Shown here: positions 32,448 to 41,564 of the stretch, one piece after another
How the letters are laid out: each line of letters begins with the position of its first letter
Position numbering within the stretch: position 1 is the stretch's first letter
Virus record (IMG/VR): IMGVR_UViG_3300037308_000149
Coordinates: 1-59,632 of that record
Reading direction: 5' to 3' (one strand)
Origin: a virus
Length of the DNA stretch: 59,632 nt
Notes under the pieces: model-generated
What the model was told of the DNA's origin: nothing
What the model saw: only the letters and a program-made list of their open reading frames with translations
Databases searched by the model: none
Made by a program: the position numbers and the translations under genes

Positions 32448-32930
32448 CTATGCGCAACTCCAAGGGGACCAGCTCCCAGCATGGACGATCCTGATGGCCA
32501 AGAGGACATTTGATCGCCCATTGAACGGAGCATCCCGCACAGACCAGCGCTCCATGAAGTTCTCCCAGTTAGAGGTCGCACGAGACCACGTGTCTGGGTG
32601 GAACTGGTAGACGCCCATGTACGGTGGATTACCATACTCATCGGCATCCATTCCGCTCTCACAGGCAGCAACTGACTTGGCCTTGCCGATGCCGCCATCG
32701 ACAGGCCAATGGTCTACCGCGCACTCTATGGTTCGCGCCACTTCTCTGATGGACCAGCCGGCATCACCGTCTAAATGTTTGAACCGACAACGATCCCAGC
32801 GCCATGAGTCCTGGTGGTCAGCTCCGGCCGCAACAGCCGGAGTGAACATGGCAGCGACCACCAATGCTGCAGTCAGGAGTCGTTTGAGCACGACACCTCC
32901 CAGTATCGGGACATAACCCCTCGGAGCCAT
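32448..32930 (-). CDS. Secreted transglycosylase-like protein (Rpf-like domain) with a signal peptide; candidate lysin
   Basis: The ATG at 32930 is preceded by GTAGGAGGC. The signal peptide is LKRLLTAALVVAAMFTPAVAAGA. The domain region is VAACESGMDADEYGNPPYMGVYQFHPDTW. Confidence 0.6.
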   Translation of the reverse strand: MAPRGYVPILGGVVLKRLLTAALVVAAMFTPAVAAGADHQDSWRWDRCRFKHLDGDAGWSIREVARTIECAVDHWPVDGGIGKAKSVAACESGMDADEYGNPPYMGVYQFHPDTWSRATSNWENFMERWSVRDAPFNGRSNVLLAIRIVHAGSWSPWSCA

Positions 32931-33287
32931 GCCTCCTACAAGGACGCTTATCGAGCGGCCTCACCTCCCTCATGCCGATGGATGATGCGCTGCCACCACG
33001 GCTGATGCCGCATGGCAGACGTGATGACGACCTCACGCTGCTTGGGCCTCTTGCTCCTTGGCTTTGACCTCATGCGAAGCGCCCACAGCTCGTTCTGACT
33101 GCCCACCCTAGAGCCCTCCTCTCAGGCCACACCGTTGCAGGGCTCCTCCCGTGCGAAGACCGGCGAAGACCCATGGCCCGGCCCCTCGCCCTACCCTGTG
33201 CCCTGCCGGCCTCCTCGCACCTCCTCGCGCCTGCAAACGTGTACCCTGCCTACCAGGTAGTTTACCGCCCTGTTGAGGGGAGCCGCC

Positions 33288-33428
33288 CTTCGCGCGATAC
33301 GCATACGCGAGGAACTGTTGGCTCCCCTCAGCTGGCACCAGGAGGAGACCTCCTTCTTGTAGACCTCCTTCTCTCTTGTTTGAAGTACATACCGAATCCA
33401 GGTTCCTCCCGTATCCGTATCGCGCGAA
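33288..33428. promoter_or_regulatory. Second inverted pair of the GATACGCATACGCG-type motif
   Basis: 33288-33310 (cttcgcgcgatacgcatacgcga) and 33409-33428 (inverted). The first copy lies in the loop of a GAGGGGAGCC / GGCTCCCCTC stem. Confidence 0.45.
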
Positions 33429-33555
33429 CGCCTCGCTCCTGGTCGCTGCGTACCGCAAGCAGACACTTGCCGACGTGTCCCCTGTTGAGGACGCAAGTCC
33501 ATGTTGGCCCATCGAACCCTTGGGGTGCGTACATGGACAAACACTGCTCTGCCAT
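33328..33555 (-). CDS. Small Cys/His protein with an Arg-rich tail; paralog of 13782..14069
   Basis: The ATG at 33555 is preceded by GGAGGAGTGAGCGC. Product: MAEQCLSMYAPQGFDGPTWTCVLNRGHVGKCLLAVRSDQERG. Whether the 3-prime end is coding is uncertain. Confidence 0.45.
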   Translation of the reverse strand: MAEQCLSMYAPQGFDGPTWTCVLNRGHVGKCLLAVRSDQERGVRAIRIREEPGFGMYFKQERRRSTRRRSPPGAS

Positions 33556-33559
33556 GCGC

Positions 33560-33814
33560 TCACTCCTCCGGAATCAGGGCAGCATCCGCTTCAGCGTCGG
33601 CCTGTCCCTTGCTGTATCCGAGATCACGAGCGATGATGATGGCTCGGCTGAATATCTCGTCATCTTCCCAGCCACAGTCGATGATGTCGCCAGCGATTCC
33701 TTCGTTGTGGCACTTGCGGGTGAACTCGGCCCAAAACTCCTCCTCCTCCAGATCCTCAGGCCGATTGCCGGGGATGTCGCTGATGGACACGCCGGGTGGA
33801 AGATTGCTTGCCAT
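33560..33814 (-). CDS. Acidic hypothetical protein
   Basis: The ATG at 33814 is preceded by AAGGAGGTCAGCC. The 84-aa product is strongly acidic. Confidence 0.65.
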   Translation of the reverse strand: MASNLPPGVSISDIPGNRPEDLEEEEFWAEFTRKCHNEGIAGDIIDCGWEDDEIFSRAIIIARDLGYSKGQADAEADAALIPEE

Positions 33815-33825
33815 GGCTGACCTCC

Positions 33826-35622
33826 TTAGTACAGGCGCAGGCTGCGGTTGTCCAGGATCCGCTTGTTGATGCGGGTCTTGCCCTGGGTGATAGCGAAGAT
33901 GTACTCCTCAATCGTGTTGCGGGTCCTGAGGTAGTACACCGTCACCTGGTGGATGCGGCTGACTCGATGCGCTCGGTCCTCGACCTGCTCCTGGTCGTCA
34001 GGGTTCCAGGTCTCGTCCAACACGAACACCGTGTCGGCTCTGTCCAGCGTGATACTGACGCCACCCGTGGCTGTGGTCATGACAACAACCCTGGTGTCGC
34101 TCTGCTGGAACGAACGGGTGACCTCTGCCCGATCCTTGGTTCCACCAACCAGGAGCGTCACGGCCACACCCTTCTCCTTGAGATGGTTGTAGACCATACG
34201 GGCCATCTTCTCAAACTGACTGGTCACCAGGACCTGAGCATCGCTGGAACCATCCATGATGCCCATCTCGTCCAGCTTCTCAACCAGCAGTTCCAGCTTC
34301 GGGCTCTCATCTGTGGGGATGAGGACGCCGTCTTCGAATCGCTGCTTGGCCGAAGCGAACTGCTTGAGCCTGGTGTAGATGGCCAGGATGGACGTGGCTG
34401 TGAGAGTCTCGTCGCCCAGCTCGATCTCCGCCATCTTGGCGAACTTCATGTACTGCTCGGCCTGGTCTTCACTCATGGAGACCCACAGATCGTGACGGTC
34501 CTTGGGTGGGAGCTCCTTGAGCACCTGCTCCTTGGTACGACGAATCATGATGGGCATGAGGTGACGATCGAACTCCTCCTGCTTCTCCTCCACAACGTCA
34601 CCGACCACCGTGCCGTACTGATTGCGGTCCATCTCCAGCCAGCGCTCGGCCCACTTGTACTTGGATGGGAACTGCTCAGGGTACAACCAGTGAAGGATCC
34701 CGAACAGGTTGATGGGCTTCCCACCGACAGGCGTACCACTCAGGCCGATCTTCTTTCCTCCGGCACGCAGCTTGAGGCTGAGCATACCCTTGGCAGTGAC
34801 TGACTGAACATTCCTCACAGCATTCCGGTGAACCTCATCAATGATGATGTTGGCCCACTCATTCTCGTGGAGGAATGGGTATCGGCTGAACAGATTGTCC
34901 TGAACAGCCTCCATCTTGGCGTTGTGCTTCTGGTACCGAACCATCTCAGGGTTCACAATCAGCCAGAAGGGTCGCCCAGCCTCAGTCGCCAACTCAGCCT
35001 CATGGATGAAGTGTTCCCTGGCGTCGCCCAGGCCAGATCCCGATGCCCTGATGACCGGCAGCTTCTGCCACTTGAGCAGTTCATCCTCCCACACAGATTC
35101 AAGGGAGGTCTTGGGCGCGATGACCAGGTTGGGGCCATCCTCGGTCCCGGCCTCATAGATGGCGCCGATGCTCTCCACCGTCTTGCCCAACCCAGGCTGG
35201 TCAGCACACAGAGGGTTCTCCACCGTGGCCATGTACGCCACCGCCACACGCTGGTATGGGCGCAGCCACTTGTGGAGTTGAGGCAGGGCCTTGGGCAGTC
35301 GCTTCAGGTCCCAGTCCTCGGCCTTGAGGATCTCGCCGATGGTCTTCTCCATGTCACGAACGGACCACGCCCACTCAGCGAGGGCCGTACCCAGCTCGAT
35401 GTTGTCCTGGCCCACCTTGTCGGTGAGGTCCTTGGCAGCGAAGAAGTCCAAGGCCAGTCGCCAATGAGGCTGCTGACCTTCAGGGACCTTGTCCTTCGCC
35501 ATGAAACGTGCCCTCAGCTGATGCATCGTCTCAACGAGGATGGCGTTGGGCTTGAAGTAGATCTCGATGAACTTGCCGTCCTCGCTGGTCTCTGCGAAGA
35601 CTGCTTTGGTTGTCGTTGTCAT
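33826..35622 (-). CDS. SNF2-family helicase/ATPase
   Basis: It has LRPYQRVAVAYM, ADQPGLGKTVESIG, IIIDEVHRN and a C-terminal helicase domain (VLVTSQF...VVVMTTATGG). Confidence 0.85.
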   Translation of the reverse strand: MTTTTKAVFAETSEDGKFIEIYFKPNAILVETMHQLRARFMAKDKVPEGQQPHWRLALDFFAAKDLTDKVGQDNIELGTALAEWAWSVRDMEKTIGEILKAEDWDLKRLPKALPQLHKWLRPYQRVAVAYMATVENPLCADQPGLGKTVESIGAIYEAGTEDGPNLVIAPKTSLESVWEDELLKWQKLPVIRASGSGLGDAREHFIHEAELATEAGRPFWLIVNPEMVRYQKHNAKMEAVQDNLFSRYPFLHENEWANIIIDEVHRNAVRNVQSVTAKGMLSLKLRAGGKKIGLSGTPVGGKPINLFGILHWLYPEQFPSKYKWAERWLEMDRNQYGTVVGDVVEEKQEEFDRHLMPIMIRRTKEQVLKELPPKDRHDLWVSMSEDQAEQYMKFAKMAEIELGDETLTATSILAIYTRLKQFASAKQRFEDGVLIPTDESPKLELLVEKLDEMGIMDGSSDAQVLVTSQFEKMARMVYNHLKEKGVAVTLLVGGTKDRAEVTRSFQQSDTRVVVMTTATGGVSITLDRADTVFVLDETWNPDDQEQVEDRAHRVSRIHQVTVYYLRTRNTIEEYIFAITQGKTRINKRILDNRSLRLY

Positions 35623-36062
35623 CTTGTTCCCCTTCGCTTCGGTGGACGCTTCATCGCGTCCAAGACGACCACAAAGTATGTCAGGAGCACCTCCTTGAAG
35701 TCTAGCTCTGGCGGCAGATTCTTCGGCTGGCCTCTGAATGCGAGGATCCGAGCTACGAGGCCATGGGCGTCATCGGCGTTGATGAGGATTGCACACGAGT
35801 CACAGGCATACCATACATCATCGAAGTTGATGATGCTGACATCTTGCTCGACACCCTCGCTGTCCATGACCACCATGCCAAATGGCTGAGCATCGTACGA
35901 CCATACAGCCTCTCCGTCGCCGCAGAAGTCACAGACGCTGTCGTCGGTGACTTCATCGAAGCAGTTCTCACATGCCAGGCCACCAGGGACCGTCAGCAGA
36001 GATCCTTCAGCCAGTGGCATGCCGCACCGCATGCATCTGAGATCGATTGTTGGGTTGCTCAT
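35619..36062 (-). CDS. Zinc-finger hypothetical protein
   Basis: Several CxxC pairs (CMRC, CENC, CDFC, CDSC). ATGA overlap with the SNF2 gene. Confidence 0.55.
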   Translation of the reverse strand: MSNPTIDLRCMRCGMPLAEGSLLTVPGGLACENCFDEVTDDSVCDFCGDGEAVWSYDAQPFGMVVMDSEGVEQDVSIINFDDVWYACDSCAILINADDAHGLVARILAFRGQPKNLPPELDFKEVLLTYFVVVLDAMKRPPKRRGTR

Positions 36063-36274
36063 GGCACCTTCACCCAGATCTTGCCCTCTTTGATGGATTT
36101 GTCGAGACTGTACAACCTGGTTGATGTCTTCGTCTTGAGGTGGGTAACATCAGCACAGCGTTCATGCCACACCAGACTTTCAACACGGTAGATGAACTTG
36201 CGCTGGTCTCCACGATACACGATGATGTCACCAGGCCGCAGGTCCCGCCAACCCACCGCCCTGCGTACCTTCAC
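36059..36274 (-). CDS. Hypothetical protein
   Basis: 71-aa ORF. It is the first gene after the 36.3-36.65 kb intergenic region. Confidence 0.5.
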   Translation of the reverse strand: MKVRRAVGWRDLRPGDIIVYRGDQRKFIYRVESLVWHERCADVTHLKTKTSTRLYSLDKSIKEGKIWVKVP

Positions 36275-36655
36275 CCTGACCTACCTCCTCCCCTGATACC
36301 CTTTCTATGAGCCCTGGGCCGTACCTGCACGCTCGAGCCGCCCTGGAACGGCCGAGGGCCTCTCCCCTACCCCACGTTTGCAGGGCCGGAGCCATGCGTA
36401 GACGAACGTTCATGCAGGCCCCGGCCCTTTACCCTACCTTGCCTCCTGCAGCCGTTCTCGCAGCCCTCCGGCCCTGCAACGGTGCGGTACGCTCTAGCGG
36501 CCCCGGAGCCTAGGCTCGGGCCGCGCTCGGCCGTCCACCCTGACACCGGCCGGCAAGCGTAGGTCACGATCCATGTACCAGCCGTCACGCCACTCCCAGT
36601 ACATGATGAGCAGGACCAGGACCGCCAGGCAGCAGCCGACGACGAACGCTTCCAA

Positions 36656-37351
36656 CTACACACCTCCTACGATTTGTGCGCACTCGGGGCCCAGTCCGCG
36701 ATGGATGGAAGCCGGCACCGTGAGGGTCCGGCCGCAACGCCAGCAGTTGGAAGATGCCAGGGCGTAGGTCATGCCGGCTTCTTGACGCTGCTCGGCATCA
36801 CCATCTGCCAAGTACCTGATGGCGTCGTTGATCTTCTTGTTGTTCAGGTAGGACGCCCAGACCCTGTATCCGTTCCCGGCCCAGTTGGCGCATCGGCGGA
36901 AGTCCCGGTCGTTGTTCGGACCATACAGATACTCCGCCAGCTGGGTGCCCTGCCACTTCCCGTATCGTGGTGCTCGGAACCTCATGGTGATCCGATCATC
37001 ACCGATGTTGTCGCTGAACACCACGGTGTAGGTCCCTTGCGGAACTTGGCCACTCTCGATTGTTGCCGCAAGTGCCAGCTGGACAGGTTCCCTTCTGGGC
37101 ATAGACGCCTTGAACTCTTTGAGCCACTCGATGGACTTGCTGGCCTCCTCAACGTCCATCTGGTTGATGGGCTTGGCGAGATCCTGCTCCGTCTTGCCGG
37201 TCTGCTCAAGCAATGCCCTGATGAAGTCGGCCTGACGTTCCGTGGACCCTGACCTCACAGATGCCGGAGGAGCCGAGCGAACGGCCTCCTGGTGGCAAGC
37301 CTTGACCTCGGCGATGGTGTCGTGTGAACCCCTACAGTGACCACACTTCAT
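36656..37351 (-). CDS. Hypothetical protein with a DUF6011-like C-terminal zinc motif
   Basis: The ATG at 37351 is preceded by GGAAGGAG. The C-terminus is CWRCGRTLTVPASIHRGLGPECA. Confidence 0.55.
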   Translation of the reverse strand: MKCGHCRGSHDTIAEVKACHQEAVRSAPPASVRSGSTERQADFIRALLEQTGKTEQDLAKPINQMDVEEASKSIEWLKEFKASMPRREPVQLALAATIESGQVPQGTYTVVFSDNIGDDRITMRFRAPRYGKWQGTQLAEYLYGPNNDRDFRRCANWAGNGYRVWASYLNNKKINDAIRYLADGDAEQRQEAGMTYALASSNCWRCGRTLTVPASIHRGLGPECAQIVGGV

Positions 37352-37442
37352 GGTCAGATCTCCTTCCGTCTGATGAGAGGCTAGGGTGGGGCAGCCGCCG
37401 ACGTCAGCCACCCCACCCACACCTCTCTGGACTATGGGCGCG

Positions 37443-38321
37443 TCACCTCAGGTTAGTGATCTCCTTCGCGGCACAGAACCGAACACGCTGGTCCTCGTCC
37501 ACGTACTCAATCACCTTGCCTTCTCTGTCATGAGGCGTGACGGACTTCACTTTCAGCACCTTGTGGCTGATGGGCTTCATCGGCCGGTCGTTCACAGTGC
37601 GGCTGATGTCGATCGTCCGCTCCTCAAGAGCGTCCTTCATCGACTCCAGGTCCATCACGTCCAGATTCCAGATGACGTCGGTGAGGAGCTGCTTGTTACG
37701 CTCCCTTCGCGCCCTTGGTCCTTTTGGGCGGCCTGCCGAGGTGGTCTTCTTGGCGCCGATCTTCTTGACGCGCTCGGCCCTCGCTGTGCGCCGCTCAGTC
37801 TTGCTGACCGGAGCCTTGGCCGTCCTCTTGGCCGGAGCCTTGGGCTTGGCCTCCTTCTTCAGGCCAGACTCCTTCCAGCTCTTGTTGGTCGCCTCTTCGT
37901 ACAGGTGGCGGATCTTGGCCCCACCCAGGCCGGTGCGCGCACGGATCTGCGGCCACGGCACTCCTTCCACATCACGCAGCTTCGCGATGACCTTGCCGAC
38001 CTCAGCGTCTGTACCGACGATGCGATCGGTTGCCTTCACAGAGCCGGTGAGCCACAGACGCTTGGCACGCGCCCTGGGGATGTCCAGCTTCTCAGCCACC
38101 TCAGGGATCGTGGCTCCCTTCTTCATGAGGGCAACCACCTCGGTCTGCAGCTTGTGGTCCTCGGCCAGCTTGGCCTTGGCCGCTGCCTCACGATCGACCT
38201 TGGGCTTGGCAGCCGCAGGTTTGCGGGAGGCCGCAGGCTTCCGCTTGATGATGGTCTTCGGCTCACGAGTGGAGACTCGCTTCTTGGGCCGACCGACCGG
38301 CTTGCGCTTCACAACTGTCAT
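37443..38321 (-). CDS. Basic DNA-binding protein with AT-hook-like GRPKK motifs and Lys/Ala/Pro-rich linkers
   Basis: The ATG at 38321 is preceded by AAGGAGAACCAACC. It has PVGRPKKR, SAGRPKGP, AKPKAPAKRTAKAP and an HTH-like ATIPEVAEKLDIPRARAKRL. Confidence 0.6.
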   Translation of the reverse strand: MTVVKRKPVGRPKKRVSTREPKTIIKRKPAASRKPAAAKPKVDREAAAKAKLAEDHKLQTEVVALMKKGATIPEVAEKLDIPRARAKRLWLTGSVKATDRIVGTDAEVGKVIAKLRDVEGVPWPQIRARTGLGGAKIRHLYEEATNKSWKESGLKKEAKPKAPAKRTAKAPVSKTERRTARAERVKKIGAKKTTSAGRPKGPRARRERNKQLLTDVIWNLDVMDLESMKDALEERTIDISRTVNDRPMKPISHKVLKVKSVTPHDREGKVIEYVDEDQRVRFCAAKEITNLR

Positions 38322-38376
38322 GGTTGGTTCTCCTTCTTGATGGTCCAGCAAGGACAGGTGTTCTGTTGGTGGTCTA

Positions 38377-39288
38377 TCACCTCCCGTCTGGCAGCGCACT
38401 CCGGCTGCCGGCCCTCATGCGGGTCTGGCCAAGATCGGCCTCACGGCCTGCCTTTGACCCACGCGTGTATGCCGCTCCGAGGAACTTGCCCTCTGCGCGG
38501 CCCTTGTAGGTAGAGCCCAGGTACGGGAACGCCTCAACGAACTTGATGTTCACAGCGTTGCTGAGGTCGTACAGGACGAGGTCCTTGCCCGAACCCTTCA
38601 GCTCTTCACCCTGGCGCTTCTTCAGCTCGATGAGCCGATCCCACACCGCACCGACGTATCCGTTGGCGAAGTTGCGCGCATACGTCAGGTTGTTGGGCCT
38701 GGTTTGGAACTCACCGTTCCGATCGCACCACTCCTTCCAGATCTTGCTCATCTTGGCCATGGCCCTCTTCTTCTCAGGCCCAGGCTCATGCCCCATGAGA
38801 CGAGCGACCGTGCCTCGGTCCAGGCCGCTCTGAAGGAGCATCACCACGTTGTCATCGTACGACAGATCCTGGTTGGGCTGAGGCTCAAGGCCACGGCTCA
38901 TCTGAAGCCACAACGAGGTAAACAGCATCTCGCAGTACTCAGTGTCAGCCGGGAATCCGACCACCGTACCCTCAACCTCACCTGAGCCGAGCCGAGCGCC
39001 ATGAAGGACACCCTTGCACCTTGTGTGGTCAGCCACAGCGCTGAAGAGTGTGATGATCTCATCCTTCACCGGATTGTCTGCACGGCAGATGAAGAATCGG
39101 CGAAGCACGGGTTCAGCTCTACGCTCTGTGGCCGGCCTGCTCTGCTCAAGTTCGTACGACTCAATGGCGTACTTGAGCATGAGCTCGTCTGCCTTCGCTC
39201 TGAAGGCATCGGCCTCAGCCTCAAATGGTGTTGAGTCGGCCTTGTCCAGCAGAGCTCGGACTTTCCTGAGCATGTCTTCACGTTCCAA
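38377..39288 (-). CDS. DUF2786-domain protein
   Basis: MLRKVRALLDKADSTPFEAEADAFRAKADELMLKYAI is the characteristic N-terminus. The TTG start at 39288 is preceded by AGGAGGTCC. Confidence 0.6.
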   Translation of the reverse strand: MEREDMLRKVRALLDKADSTPFEAEADAFRAKADELMLKYAIESYELEQSRPATERRAEPVLRRFFICRADNPVKDEIITLFSAVADHTRCKGVLHGARLGSGEVEGTVVGFPADTEYCEMLFTSLWLQMSRGLEPQPNQDLSYDDNVVMLLQSGLDRGTVARLMGHEPGPEKKRAMAKMSKIWKEWCDRNGEFQTRPNNLTYARNFANGYVGAVWDRLIELKKRQGEELKGSGKDLVLYDLSNAVNIKFVEAFPYLGSTYKGRAEGKFLGAAYTRGSKAGREADLGQTRMRAGSRSALPDGR

Positions 39289-39480
39289 CGTTTGGACCTC
39301 CTGGTGACCTCAGGTCAATTGTACCTCGTGACTTTCACAAACATGACGCCACGCGCCATGACCGCGAAAGCCTCTTTGTCTACGCATCTCATGCATGCTG
39401 GCCCTCCTGTGTACGCAGAGATCCCACGACGAGTTGTCCTGTCGTAGTGTATCCGCCACACAGCAGGACCGTTCCCGCAT

Positions 39481-40047
39481 CTACAGATCCTCGTCCTGGA
39501 CGGATTTGACCTCTTGGCACTTCTGGCAGCCATCATACTCGGCCTCCTCGCTCGGCGTAGGCACATAGCCTCTCTTGATGGCCTTGCCGCATGCAGCTGA
39601 TACGTTGTCCACCCACTGGGTGATGGGCAGAACCTTCACCTCCTCCCTGCCCACCAGGTGCATGCGGCTGCCGCTTGCCGGAACCACCCGGATGTACATG
39701 GCGTCCTCCATGCGCCGGATCTTGGCCTCCTGAACAGTCGGAACGTTGACCTCATCAACGAGGTACTTGGGCAACTCGGTGATCTGAACTCTCTTGGGCT
39801 TGTGCGTTCGGCAGTACCCTTTGAGTTTGAGAATCCCCTCCACCATCTCGAACTCAACATGGCTCACCGGACGTGTACACGGAAACGGCATGGCCGCTCC
39901 CTCCTGCTTGATGAGGGCACAGCACCCAGACGGCAGCGTGTTTGCCGCCACTGTCTTCACCGAGTCTCCCTGGATGTGGTCATAGATGGAACGGGTGATG
40001 ACTCGTTTGGTTCGGTACTTGCGGATGGCTCCACGGCGACGAGGCAT
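39481..40047 (-). CDS. Hypothetical protein
   Basis: 188-aa ORF. Its start abuts the upstream stop. Confidence 0.55.
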   Translation of the reverse strand: MPRRRGAIRKYRTKRVITRSIYDHIQGDSVKTVAANTLPSGCCALIKQEGAAMPFPCTRPVSHVEFEMVEGILKLKGYCRTHKPKRVQITELPKYLVDEVNVPTVQEAKIRRMEDAMYIRVVPASGSRMHLVGREEVKVLPITQWVDNVSAACGKAIKRGYVPTPSEEAEYDGCQKCQEVKSVQDEDL

Positions 40048-40694
40048 CAGCGGTAGTACCTCCCTTCCCTGATGAACTTGGACGCCTCATGCCGCTTGTA
40101 GTCATCACGGAACGAGTCACCGACGAGCTGCTCGGTGAGACCTTCAACGATCTTGAGGTAGCGGTCTGCCAGGTTCAGCTCGAAGGATGTGCCGGTCTCC
40201 CGGTCGTACCCTTCCATCGGAGACGCTACCTTGGCCCACAGCTCATAGACGTATGTGCTCTCTATGATGATCTGGCCGTAGTGCTCGATCGCCAAGGGGA
40301 TGTTGCCTGCCTCCCAGTACTTCATGAATGAAGTCTTGGCGTTCTCCAAGTCCTGGGCGGCCTCATCGATCCGATTCTTGACCCATGTTGCCAATTGCAC
40401 CTGGTCCGGACGAACGCCGAGATCCTCAGACGCCAACTCATCCTGGCACTTCTGGCACATAAGCATGAACTCATTGACGGGATACGGATCGGTGAACGAC
40501 CGGCGGTCCTCACCCTCACCGTGCAGGCCCATGTCGTGGTCACGGCCAACACGCTCCAACATCTCACGTCGCTCGGCGTTGTACATAGTCAGGTGCTTTT
40601 GGCACAGAGTGAGGGCCTTGGGCCCGATCCCCCACGATAGCCTCTTGCCCTGGCATGCCTTGCCGCCACGAACAGTCCTTGCGCAACCCACCAT
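40047..40694 (-). CDS. Hypothetical protein
   Basis: 215-aa ORF with a Cys-containing N-terminus and a helical C-terminus. Confidence 0.55.
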   Translation of the reverse strand: MVGCARTVRGGKACQGKRLSWGIGPKALTLCQKHLTMYNAERREMLERVGRDHDMGLHGEGEDRRSFTDPYPVNEFMLMCQKCQDELASEDLGVRPDQVQLATWVKNRIDEAAQDLENAKTSFMKYWEAGNIPLAIEHYGQIIIESTYVYELWAKVASPMEGYDRETGTSFELNLADRYLKIVEGLTEQLVGDSFRDDYKRHEASKFIREGRYYR

Positions 40695-40800
40695 GGCCTC
40701 CTTCAGCTGATGACCTCGATGACGTGGGGGACATCCTGGTGCTTGTCCGCCTCACCACGTGCATACAGCACAGCCTCATCGAATGACAGGTTGTTGGCCG

Positions 40801-40829
40801 GGTGGGCGGCTCACCGTATACCGCCCACC
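40801..40829. other. Perfect 9-bp stem hairpin (GGTGGGCGG, 11-nt loop, CCGCCCACC) in a 165-bp intergenic gap
   Basis: Read directly. No U-run follows it on the minus strand, so it is not a classical intrinsic terminator. Confidence 0.4.
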
Positions 40830-40860
40830 CAACATCAGTGACCCGATCGGTCAGGGCTGT

Positions 40861-41184
40861 TTACTTGAAGACCACCGTCACGACGGCACGGTGCTTCACG
40901 TTGTTGACCTCAAACCTGAATGCCTGCATGAACCCGGACCGCGTGCCCTTCAGCTCCCGCAGGTTGGCACCGATGAAGCCGATGTCCTCCTGCTCCAGGA
41001 TCGCCTCTTCGAACGCAGCACACGCAGCGGCCCCGGCCTTGCGGACGGAGTCGGGCATCGGGGCCGCAGCCTTACGGGTCTTGCGCCCAGCCGTGGCCTT
41101 GGTAGCCGCAGCCTTGGCGGTCGTGGCCTTAGGAGCAGGCTTGCGCGTGGTGGGCTTGCGGGTGGTCGTGGTCTTGGACTCCAT
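40861..41184 (-). CDS. Small protein with a histone H1-like Thr/Lys/Ala/Pro-rich N-terminal tail
   Basis: The ATG at 41184 is preceded by AAGGAGGTCACC. Product begins MESKTTTTRKPTTRKPAPKATTAKAAATKATAGRKTRKAAAP, followed by a ~60-aa globular part. Confidence 0.55.
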   Translation of the reverse strand: MESKTTTTRKPTTRKPAPKATTAKAAATKATAGRKTRKAAAPMPDSVRKAGAAACAAFEEAILEQEDIGFIGANLRELKGTRSGFMQAFRFEVNNVKHRAVVTVVFK

Positions 41185-41527
41185 CTTGGTGACCTCCTTG
41201 GGGTCTGAGTGGAACCTCTTACAGATGGCCGGTGATACCGTCTTGCCGTGCGTACACTCCATCACGCTCTCCTTTCGTCCATCACCTCCCTGCGCCGACG
41301 GAATCTCCGTCCACCGCCATGAATGCAGCTGCCTTCATGAGCCCGTCCTTGAGCCCACGGTAGTAGTCACGGCCCTCACCCATGAAGACATCGGTTGTGC
41401 GCCTCCTCAGGGACAGCCTTACGGATCTTGGCCTTGACGTTGTCCAGCCGGATGTTCTTGCCGGCCGCATTCTCGTCCCACATCTCCACCCACACCCTAG
41501 TGCCCAGCTCATCTATCACACGGCTGG

Positions 41528-41547
41528 GGTTCAGGTCGGTTCAGGTC
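41528..41547. repeat. Perfect 10-bp tandem duplication GGTTCAGGTC x2
   Basis: Read directly. On the minus strand it shifts the frame of a small ORF that starts at the ATG at 41553. Confidence 0.95.
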
Positions 41548-41564
41548 CGTCATCGTGACGTGCT

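Noticed and set aside
32948-33073. 41-codon basic ORF (MRSKPRSKRPKQREVVITSAMRHQPWWQRIIHRHEGGEAAR) just upstream of the Rpf-like gene
   Set aside because: It has no RBS and is very short, so the evidence is insufficient.
33108-33563. 151-aa Gly/Arg-rich ORF, including a GTG start 7 nt after a duplicated AAGGAGGTCT
   Set aside because: The composition is implausible for a folded protein, and it spans motifs conserved at the DNA level. I cannot exclude a short translated RGG-like peptide from the GTG near 33336.
36367-36663. 98-aa ORF in the 36.3-36.65 kb gap, and a possible TTG-initiated 53-codon TM peptide starting near 36651
   Set aside because: The 98-aa product is not protein-like. The TM peptide (LEAFVVGCCLAVLVLLIMYWEW...) has a GGAGGTG upstream but a TTG start and no other support, so it is not reported as a feature.
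39315-39566. 83-aa ORF between the 188-aa gene and the DUF2786 gene
   Set aside because: The C-terminal half (GPAVWRIHYDRTTRRGISAYTGGPACMRCVDKEAFAVMARGVMFVKVTRYN) looks coding. The start is unclear, and the upstream half overlaps the previous gene by about 85 nt. It is left unannotated.
40694-40861. Small ORFs in the 165-bp gap containing the 9-bp-stem hairpin
   Set aside because: The only open frames lack ATG/GTG starts with an RBS (the best is a 22-codon GTG ORF). The hairpin is reported instead.
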